From Planctomycetota bacterium (GTDB lineage Bacteria > Planctomycetota > Planctomycetia > Pirellulales > Pirellulaceae): a stretch of DNA of 64,000 nt. Of the stretch, positions 30,642 to 37,679 are shown in pieces. The notes beneath the pieces were generated by a model. The model saw only the letters and a program-made list of their open reading frames with translations. It ran no database searches and was not told the DNA's origin. A program made the translations under genes and the position numbers. The DNA lies in NCBI GenBank assembly GCA_046343015.1, contig JBKDOL010000030.1, positions 87,619-151,618 on the forward strand, given 5' to 3'. Every line of letters starts with the position of its first letter. Position 1 is the first letter of the stretch.

Positions 30642-30659
30642 CCGGCTTCGCCCTTTTTT
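30625..30659 (+). terminator. intrinsic terminator of groESL
   Basis: 8-bp GC-rich stem gggcgaag (30625-30632) / cttcgccc (30646-30653), 13-nt loop, then TTTTTT (30654-30659). Confidence 0.7.
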
Positions 30660-30804
30660 CTTGGCCCCACAGCCGGGGCGATTCTTGGACCAGACCGCCA
30701 CCCCGCTTGCAGTCCTGACTACAATGAAAACTCCCGGGCGAAACACCGGGATTTGGCCCTCAATCAGATTCCCTCCCACCCAGTTAACCGGCGACGATCC
30801 ATCC

Positions 30805-31689
30805 ATGACCACTCCGCTCTCGACTCGCTTCTTTGCCGGCATCATTCTCAGCGCTTTGTTTGTCGCGACTGCTCAGGCTCAAGAGACAGATTTGACAATC
30901 CTCAACAACCGCACGGGAGACAAGCTCGAGTTCCCCCAGCTGGTCGCGCAATTGCAAAGTTCCGATGTGATTTTTCTTGGGGAAAAGCACGATAATGACG
31001 CCGGTCATGCGATGCAGTTGAAGGTCATCGAGGCACTCCATGCGGCCGGCTGCGACCTGGCGATTGGCATGGAACAGTTTGAACGCGATACGCAAGGAGC
31101 GGTCAACGATTACCTCGCGGGCAAAATTACGGAGGAACAGTTTCTCGCAGCTTCCCGCCCCTGGAAGAACTACCCCGAGCACTATCGGGCGATCGTGGAG
31201 TTTGCCAAGGCCAACAAGCTGCCCATTCTGGCGGGTAACCTGCCCCGTAAACTCGCGACCGCCGTCTCCGAGGGCCGAGAGTTGGAACCGCACGAACAAG
31301 TCTTCGCCGCTCGCTCTACCAGCGCCCCGCAAGATCGCTACTGGACCAATTTCCTGCGAACCATGCAGGGTCACATGGGCGCGGACGGTGATGACAAACT
31401 GCTGAAGTTTTACGCCGCCCAGTGCGCCAAAGATGATGCGATGGCCGAGGCGATCACCGATCATCTCGCCTCCAATCGGCATCGCCCGCGGCAAGTGGTT
31501 CAGCTGTGCGGGCATTTTCACTCTGATTACGGCCTAGGCACCGCGGCCCGAGTACAAAGCCGAATGCCGCTGCTTCGCTCCAGCATCGTGACGATGGAAT
31601 CGCCTCCGGCTGAAGACGCGAAAGCCTCTCCGCTGGAGGCCGATCGCGCTCACTTCACGCTGCTGACGCCGGCGAACCCACCCAAGTAA
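30805..31689 (+). CDS. ChaN-family (haem-binding/Tiki superfamily) secreted protein
   Basis: Signal peptide MTTPLSTRFFAGIILSALFVATAQA. DVIFLGEKHDNDAGH, IGMEQFERDTQ and CGHFHSDYGLG are typical of ChaN/PF04187 as I remember it. Start moved to ATG 30805. Confidence 0.78.
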   Translation: MTTPLSTRFFAGIILSALFVATAQAQETDLTILNNRTGDKLEFPQLVAQLQSSDVIFLGEKHDNDAGHAMQLKVIEALHAAGCDLAIGMEQFERDTQGAVNDYLAGKITEEQFLAASRPWKNYPEHYRAIVEFAKANKLPILAGNLPRKLATAVSEGRELEPHEQVFAARSTSAPQDRYWTNFLRTMQGHMGADGDDKLLKFYAAQCAKDDAMAEAITDHLASNRHRPRQVVQLCGHFHSDYGLGTAARVQSRMPLLRSSIVTMESPPAEDAKASPLEADRAHFTLLTPANPPK

Positions 31690-31711
31690 TCCAGCGACCT
31701 CCCGCGGAACT

Positions 31712-33271
31712 TTAGAGCCGTTCCCGGGACCCGTCCGGTGGCAAAGGCTTCCGCTGCGTCTCCTGACGCAATCGGGCCAGCAGTACCGTGTCGATTCGGG
31801 CCCTCACGGTGCGGCGGTCCAACCCCAAACGCTCCGCCGCCCGCTCGTAAGTGCCCAATTGAAAGTAGGCCCAGGTACAGTATTTTCCCAGCAGCGCATC
31901 CGCGCTCAACGAGCAATCACCCGAGCCCTCCAGCCAGCTTGGTTCCCTCACCGGCGCTGCGACCGGGCGGAGAGCCTCTTCGCCGCGAAGCAAGACACCC
32001 CGAACACACTGCTCCAACTCGCGAATATTCCCGGGCCAGCCGTAATGGTCCCCCAACTGTCGGCCAATCCAAGCCAACGCCTGGTCGGCCAAGCGGCCGG
32101 CTCCCTCTGGACCGGTTACCTTGACGGCGATGTACCGGACAAGCGCTGCCAAATCCTCGGGACGCTGCTGAAATTGCTCGGCCAGCGATGGGGTCCGCAC
32201 TTGATCAGCGCAGAGCCGGTAGAACAGGTCTTGCCGAAATCGTCCCTCTTGAATCTCACGCGGCAAGTCACGATTGGTCGCAGCAATCAGCTTGCCTTGA
32301 AAAATCTGCTCGGCGGTATCGCCAATTCGGCTGTAGGTCCGCTGCTGAGTCACTCGCAGCAACTTCACCTGCAGTGAACCATCCAACTCGCCAATTTCAT
32401 CAAGAAACACCGCGCCATGTTCGGGACAGGACTCCAGCCACCCCACGCGATCTGAGACTGCTCCGGTAAATGAACCGCGGCGGTGACCAAACAACTCCGA
32501 CTCAATCAGCGTCGCCGTGAGCGCGGCGAGATTCACCGGCCGAAAACTTTGGCTGGGCGAACCGATAAACTTTTCCTTGCGGCTGTCAAAGGGAATGTAA
32601 AGCGATTGTCCAATGGCTCGCGCGACCAACTCCTTGCCAGTCCCTGTCGGACCGGTAATCAAGGTAGGGATATCGCGCATCCGCGCGTGAAGCCCGTCTC
32701 GGTAAGCCCGCATGTCGTGCGTGAAGATCGACTGCCATACGGCCCCCCTCAAGGCAATGATCGCATTCGATTCGCCCACGATAAAGTCAAAAATGTTCAG
32801 GAACGCCCGATGCACCTGGACCAAACAGGCAAACAAATGCTCTGCCGTCGCCAAGCTCCGTGCTCGCTCCGGCAAAATCCGCCCCAGTTCCTCGTAGTCA
32901 CCGCGAAAGTCCCGCCAGATTTCAGCGATGACCCGCTGCTCTTCCAACTCGCTCACCGAGTGTGCTGCGATGTGGCGGTAGAGCAGCACATAGGCGACCA
33001 GGTCGCCATAGCGAGCCAGTTCACTTTGAGTCAGTTCCCCCCCTGCCGCCACATGCCCGGCGACTTGGCGGACGGCGGCCTCGGCTCGCAGGCCGATTTT
33101 CTCCAAATTGGGACGCTCTCCGGCACGCTGCTCGCCCCGCCGACTCCAGGCCGACGCGTCCGCTACGAACTCACGCCCCAGCAGTTGTCGCTCGCGGTCC
33201 ATCCGCTGCACGGAAAACGGATTGCTGAAGGCCAAATCCGCCAATGCCGCCAATTCCTTCCGCCAAACCAT
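31712..33271 (-). CDS. sigma-54-dependent transcriptional activator (bacterial enhancer-binding protein) with an unrecognised N-terminal sensory domain
   Basis: Walker A TGPTGTGKELVA, Walker B GAVFLDEIGEL, sigma-54 contact loop ESELFGHRRGSFTGA (GAFTGA variant), RQDLFYRL, and C-terminal HTH ERAAERLGLDRRTVRARI. No receiver, PAS or GAF motif seen in the first ~190 aa. Confidence 0.9.
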   Translation of the reverse strand: MVWRKELAALADLAFSNPFSVQRMDRERQLLGREFVADASAWSRRGEQRAGERPNLEKIGLRAEAAVRQVAGHVAAGGELTQSELARYGDLVAYVLLYRHIAAHSVSELEEQRVIAEIWRDFRGDYEELGRILPERARSLATAEHLFACLVQVHRAFLNIFDFIVGESNAIIALRGAVWQSIFTHDMRAYRDGLHARMRDIPTLITGPTGTGKELVARAIGQSLYIPFDSRKEKFIGSPSQSFRPVNLAALTATLIESELFGHRRGSFTGAVSDRVGWLESCPEHGAVFLDEIGELDGSLQVKLLRVTQQRTYSRIGDTAEQIFQGKLIAATNRDLPREIQEGRFRQDLFYRLCADQVRTPSLAEQFQQRPEDLAALVRYIAVKVTGPEGAGRLADQALAWIGRQLGDHYGWPGNIRELEQCVRGVLLRGEEALRPVAAPVREPSWLEGSGDCSLSADALLGKYCTWAYFQLGTYERAAERLGLDRRTVRARIDTVLLARLRQETQRKPLPPDGSRERL

Positions 33272-33284
33272 ACGTCACCAGAAA

Positions 33285-33323
33285 AGTACATCTCAAGGAC
33301 ATTGATTGCATCAAATGTACATC
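33285..33323. promoter_or_regulatory. candidate upstream activator sites: aGTACATC (33285-33292) and tGTACATC (33316-33323), 31 bp apart
   Basis: Directly repeated 7-mer with a palindromic GTAC core, ~95-130 bp upstream of the sigma-54 promoter. That is the usual distance for enhancer-binding protein sites. Confidence 0.35.
33302..33314. promoter_or_regulatory. palindrome TTGAT-tgc-ATCAA (T-N11-A, LysR-box-like)
   Basis: Perfect 5+5 inverted repeat with a 3-nt spacer. The same TTGAT-N3-ATCAA core occurs at 37245-37257 upstream of the LysR gene. Confidence 0.35.
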
Positions 33324-33417
33324 ACAGCCACTCGATTTCATCGGCAATTGGCGTCTGCCTGTTAAAAATTCTCGTCTTTTTTGCAGTATTTGCCAGGCTC
33401 TCTGGCCACCCGGACTT

Positions 33418-33433
33418 TGGCATTTGAGTTGCT
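33418..33433 (+). promoter_or_regulatory. sigma-54 (-24/-12) promoter TGGCAT-ttgag-TTGCT
   Basis: Matches the TGGCAC-N5-TTGCW consensus with correct GG/GC spacing. It lies 50 bp upstream of ATG 33483 and is divergent from a sigma-54 activator gene. Confidence 0.65.
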
Positions 33434-33482
33434 TTGTTGGGTAAGACCAGCTTTGAATCCGTTCGCAATCCGGAGTTGAACC

Positions 33483-36029
33483 ATGAACAACGAATCACAA
33501 CCCTGGGAACCGGTGGCTTCGAATGCCGCCGACCCGGGTCGCACGCCCCTCTCACCTCCGGGAGCAGAGCAAGCCCCCGAATCGACGACACCTTCGAGAC
33601 AAATGGGGTGGCTGGACCGATTACTCGACCCGGAAACACTGCAACGAATGATGGCCTGCGGAGGTGGCCTGTTGATCCTGGGGTTCATCGTATGGCTCTG
33701 GTCCTGCGGTGTCTTCGAAAACCCGCGCGTTTTGGCGGTCGCCGTGGGGAGTGTTAACCTCGTTCTGATCGGCGTCGGGATCATGCTCGTCCGCTCCACC
33801 CGATACCAACTGACCGGCCAGGGCCTGGCGTTGCTCGGCAGCCTCGCCCTGCCACTCAACCTCTGGCTGTATCACGCCCAAGGGTTAATCGTGATTTCGG
33901 CCGGCGGGCACCTCTGGGTTCCGGCGCTCGCTTGTTGTTTGATTTACGCCGCCGTGGCTCGCAGTCTGCGCAACCCCCGCTTTGTCTACGCGCTCGTGGC
34001 GGGAGTTATCCTCACTGGCCTGCTGTTTCTGGCCGACCGCCAAGTCAACCGTTTCTGGGAAGTACTCCCGGTCGCTACATTGCTGGCCACGATTGGCTCG
34101 GTGTGCGCTGTGGCTGCCAACTTTTTCCCGACGGCTGGAGATTTTTCTCGCGACCGCTTCGGCAAGGCCTTTCTTCGAGCCGGGCAAATCACGCTCACAT
34201 CGGGCTTAACCTTGCTGGCAGGTGGTCAACTGCTCGCGCTGCTTGCCGAAAGAATTCCCTTTACTGATTTCCTTCCCGTCCCCACTGACCTGCTCGCAAG
34301 CGGTGTGCAGAAGTGGTGGGCCAGCGGGTTGACTCTCGGCGCTCTCGCCGTGCACGTTCTGCTCGGTCTTGGCCGCACCAGCCTGTTTAATCGAACCTCC
34401 AGTATCGCCTTGGCTGGTTGGACGATCGGCAACATCCTGCTCGCCCTCGACATTTCTCTCACCTTGCAGGCCTTCATCATCGGGCTGAGCCTATTGGTCG
34501 TAGCGATGAATGTCGCCCGCTTGGCTCGTCGAGATTGGGAGACCGCTGAGCCCGAGACCCGTTTCCCGCCGCTGGGTCAATGGATGGGCTCACTGTCCAG
34601 CGCCGGTCTGGCTCTCTGGAGTGTTTGCCATTTCGCCTGGGCCATTTCCGGGGACCTTAACCACCTCGGGCAGGTCGAGTGGACCGTTTGGACGACGATT
34701 CAGTTTGCGCTCGCGGGATTGGCTTGCTGGACCAGTGACCGCCTCTGGTGGTCGCGTTCAGTGCGTCTCCAGACCTTGGTCCCGATCTATCTCGGTTCCT
34801 TCGCGCTGTCGCTTGCGGCCGTGACGCTCATTGCCACTGCCGGTTTGACAACGCTCCCCCTCGCCCTGCTCGGTCCAGCCCTGATGGGGTTGGCCATCAC
34901 CATCGCCGGCTTTTGGCTGGCTGCGGAGACTGGCCCAAGTTGGCGCCATGCTGCTCTGGGTTGCGTGACCGCCGTGATCGCTTTGGCAGTGCTCAACGTA
35001 GCCACAGCGCCCCGCCTTTTCTCCGAAAACCAGTTGCATTGGATCCTGATCGGACTGCTGAACGCCGCCATCTGCGGCTGGCTGTCAGTCTCGCAGCGAA
35101 GCGCGACAGCGAGCATTGGCTTTGCTCTCTTGCTTTCGTTCTCGACGGCAGAAGCTATCTCACTGACCAGCTTGAGCTTTGACTACTCCCTGCTCGTTGC
35201 ACTCAGCGGTTTGGGTTTGACCAGCCGCTTGATCAGCCGCTTTTCGCGTCTGCATCCAGACGGAAATCTTCCGGAGGGACTGGGAGGAAATCTGCTTGGA
35301 GTTTGCGGTGGGCTGGGGAGCGTGCTCCTCGCGTTGTCTGAATTGGCCAGCGGCGAAGCGACTTTGGGACTGCTCGGTTTTCTTGCCCTGCAGGCCATCC
35401 TCAGCGGCTTGCTCAGCCTTTTGACCCGTTCGGAAGGACTGGCCATGACCTTCCGGCCAATCGCCTACAGTTGCATCGTCCTTGCCGGAATCGTCCTGTT
35501 CCAGGTGGCTGATTTGAACCCTGCCCAAAAAGTCGAGTTGCTGGCCGCGTCTATCGGCCTGCTGATTCTCGCCCTCAGCCACTGGGGTTTGTATCGCGAA
35601 CAAATCGCGGCCAAAACCGATGAAGCCGTGACTCTGGGACTCTGGCTGGGCTCGGTGACAGCAGTGATTCCATTGCTGGCGGGCTTGTTTGTGTACCGCA
35701 GCGGAGTCGTTGAGGACCCGGCTTGGCTCTGGGGACATGAACTGGGAGTTCTGCTGGCCGGCTTGTCGATGTTCGGCATCGGTTCGCTGCTGCAAACGCG
35801 GGCGACGACCCTTGTCGGGGGAACGACGCTGCTCCTCTACGTAGCCAGCCTGCTGTTCCTCGTGCCTTGGCCGGACCAACTGCAGAGCACATCGGTTTTG
35901 ATGATGATTCTCGGCGGGCTCTTCTTTCTGGTCGCGATTTTGCTCAGCGCTTATCGCGAACGGCTGGTGCAGATCCCCGAGAAGATGAAAACTGGCGAGG
36001 GAATCTATCAGGTATTAAAGTGGCGATAA
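33483..36029 (+). CDS. large polytopic integral membrane protein (848 aa, more than 20 hydrophobic helices), function unknown
   Basis: Pro/Ser-rich cytoplasmic N-terminus, then an almost continuous series of L/A/G/V-rich helices to the C-terminus. No catalytic motif recognised. Confidence 0.8.
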   Translation: MNNESQPWEPVASNAADPGRTPLSPPGAEQAPESTTPSRQMGWLDRLLDPETLQRMMACGGGLLILGFIVWLWSCGVFENPRVLAVAVGSVNLVLIGVGIMLVRSTRYQLTGQGLALLGSLALPLNLWLYHAQGLIVISAGGHLWVPALACCLIYAAVARSLRNPRFVYALVAGVILTGLLFLADRQVNRFWEVLPVATLLATIGSVCAVAANFFPTAGDFSRDRFGKAFLRAGQITLTSGLTLLAGGQLLALLAERIPFTDFLPVPTDLLASGVQKWWASGLTLGALAVHVLLGLGRTSLFNRTSSIALAGWTIGNILLALDISLTLQAFIIGLSLLVVAMNVARLARRDWETAEPETRFPPLGQWMGSLSSAGLALWSVCHFAWAISGDLNHLGQVEWTVWTTIQFALAGLACWTSDRLWWSRSVRLQTLVPIYLGSFALSLAAVTLIATAGLTTLPLALLGPALMGLAITIAGFWLAAETGPSWRHAALGCVTAVIALAVLNVATAPRLFSENQLHWILIGLLNAAICGWLSVSQRSATASIGFALLLSFSTAEAISLTSLSFDYSLLVALSGLGLTSRLISRFSRLHPDGNLPEGLGGNLLGVCGGLGSVLLALSELASGEATLGLLGFLALQAILSGLLSLLTRSEGLAMTFRPIAYSCIVLAGIVLFQVADLNPAQKVELLAASIGLLILALSHWGLYREQIAAKTDEAVTLGLWLGSVTAVIPLLAGLFVYRSGVVEDPAWLWGHELGVLLAGLSMFGIGSLLQTRATTLVGGTTLLLYVASLLFLVPWPDQLQSTSVLMMILGGLFFLVAILLSAYRERLVQIPEKMKTGEGIYQVLKWR

Positions 36030-36088
36030 GCACACCAGGTCAGCAGAAACAAACTGCTCAGTTGGTCTACTGCCAAGCTGGTTTCTCA

Positions 36089-36123
36089 CTGCGAGCCCTC
36101 ACCCGGCTCGCAGTTCTTTTTTT
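36089..36123 (+). terminator. intrinsic terminator of the membrane-protein gene
   Basis: 9-bp stem ctgcgagcc (36089-36097) / ggctcgcag (36105-36113), 7-nt loop, followed by ttcttttttt. Confidence 0.72.
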
Positions 36124-36130
36124 GGCTGGC

Positions 36131-37198
36131 TTACTTCAAACTCAGGTCAGGTTTGAATTGTTCTTTCTGTTGCTCGAGGATCCTGTTCCACAACTCTCGA
36201 GCTTCCGGCCGGAGATCGGGAAGGTTTCGACCGTAGAGTCGTCGTGAGATGAGCCGCACGGTTTCGGGCGGAAAGTCGTCCTCCGAGAGTTTGCGAGCAG
36301 CTTTCATGACCTTTTCCCGGTCGCTTCGTTTAAATTCCACCAGGAAGTTATCCAAACTCTGCTTGGTGACAATCCCCACCCCCGTCCCGGCCAAGGCAAA
36401 GCGCAAGACCGCTTCGACACTGTCGACTTCAACGGCAATTTCAGGAGCAAGTCCGACGTCTCGATGGTACCATTCCTCGATCAGTCGCCTTTGTAGAGAA
36501 CCCGGTTCAGTCAAAACCAAAGGCACGCCGACGAGGTCCGTTGCCCTTAAAGGGCGTCGGGTCGAGAGGCCTTCCCAGTGCTTTCGCCAGTCGGGGAAAT
36601 ACGATGGTTTGGTAACCGCCAGAAAGCGATCCTGATAAAGTTCCTCGACGTACAACTCGACTCGGGCATACTCGAAAATGGTCACCGGGTCCTCAGTTAC
36701 CAAGGCGAAATCGAATTGTCCCGCCGCGACTCCTTCGATTCGCATCTTGCTCGGTGGCGCCGACAATCGGACGCGGGGATGTTGTGGTTGCCTCAAATAG
36801 GCTTCCACCGCCTTGCCAACCAGACCGACCGCTTGCGCCTGGTCGCAGGCCACCGAAAGCACGGGAGGAGCTTTGCTCGTCTCCGCAATGAATCGCTCGG
36901 CCTGCTCGTAGCGTCGCAATAAGTCCGCCACGACCCCCAACACGCGCTGGCCTTCGGCCGTGACCAGCCATTTTTTCCCCTTCAAAAGCAGCCAGGGCTG
37001 CCCGCCCAAACTGGTCGCTTTGTCGCGCAAGGCGGAGATTCGCCGCGACATGCTCGGTTGGGTAATCCCCAAAATTCTTCCCGCCTCAGCCGCATCACCG
37101 TCATGCTCCGCGATCAAGACAAAGGTCTGGAGCAATTCCACTGGGAGGTTTAACCCTCCCAAAAAGGAGGTCTCAAGATCGCCACTCGTTTTTGCCAT
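36131..37198 (-). CDS. LysR-family transcriptional regulator (with ~60-aa C-terminal extension)
   Basis: N-terminal HTH LQTFVLIAEHDGDAAEAGRILGITQPSMSRRISALR followed by a substrate-binding-type domain. 355 aa. Confidence 0.9.
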   Translation of the reverse strand: MAKTSGDLETSFLGGLNLPVELLQTFVLIAEHDGDAAEAGRILGITQPSMSRRISALRDKATSLGGQPWLLLKGKKWLVTAEGQRVLGVVADLLRRYEQAERFIAETSKAPPVLSVACDQAQAVGLVGKAVEAYLRQPQHPRVRLSAPPSKMRIEGVAAGQFDFALVTEDPVTIFEYARVELYVEELYQDRFLAVTKPSYFPDWRKHWEGLSTRRPLRATDLVGVPLVLTEPGSLQRRLIEEWYHRDVGLAPEIAVEVDSVEAVLRFALAGTGVGIVTKQSLDNFLVEFKRSDREKVMKAARKLSEDDFPPETVRLISRRLYGRNLPDLRPEARELWNRILEQQKEQFKPDLSLK

Positions 37199-37242
37199 GC
37201 TGCTTACCTTTCGAATTCCCAGTCCGTTAGCATGCTTGGCGA

Positions 37243-37259
37243 GTTTGATTTAATCAAAC
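37243..37259. promoter_or_regulatory. perfect 17-bp palindrome GTTTGATT-T-AATCAAAC (T-N11-A LysR box) 45 bp upstream of the LysR gene
   Basis: Read directly. Its position and T-N11-A architecture fit an autoregulatory LysR-family operator. Confidence 0.45.
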
Positions 37260-37548
37260 CTTGCGCTTTCCGCATTTTGGCCCGATGTCGATTCCCTCCC
37301 CTCCCGGGAGCAATTCCCGAGGGGATTGCTTGCAGAAAACGGCAAGTTTGCCCGCAGCCAGCCAGCAGGTGCCAACGAAAAATTTATCGCCCTGTTCCCC
37401 CCGTTTAGTCCAAGATTTGTCCCGCCCACGTCCCACTTCAGTCGCCTTTACCGGGCAGAGAGCGACAAAAAAGGATTGGGCCGAACGCCCGTTTAGTCAA
37501 AGCGAGCCCGGTGCGCTCCCTGCCGCATTGGCCGAGACCGGACCGCTG

Positions 37549-37622
37549 GGAAAAAACAAGGCCGCCGTCTTCGGCAGCTGCTCAGGGAAAATTCCGCTGA
37601 GAACTGCCGCTGACGGCGGCCT
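37549..37622 (-). terminator. intrinsic terminator downstream of the VirD4/TraG-like gene
   Basis: On the minus strand there is a long hairpin with an 11-bp closing stem (aggccgccgtc 37559-37569 / gacggcggcct 37612-37622) plus inner pairs ggcag/ctgcc and ctcag/ctgag. It is followed by TTGTTTTTTCCC. Confidence 0.55.
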
Positions 37623-37679
37623 GAAAAGGACTTGCTCTCGATTCACCTGCTGTCGACCGGTTGCAGGCGATTCCGTGAG

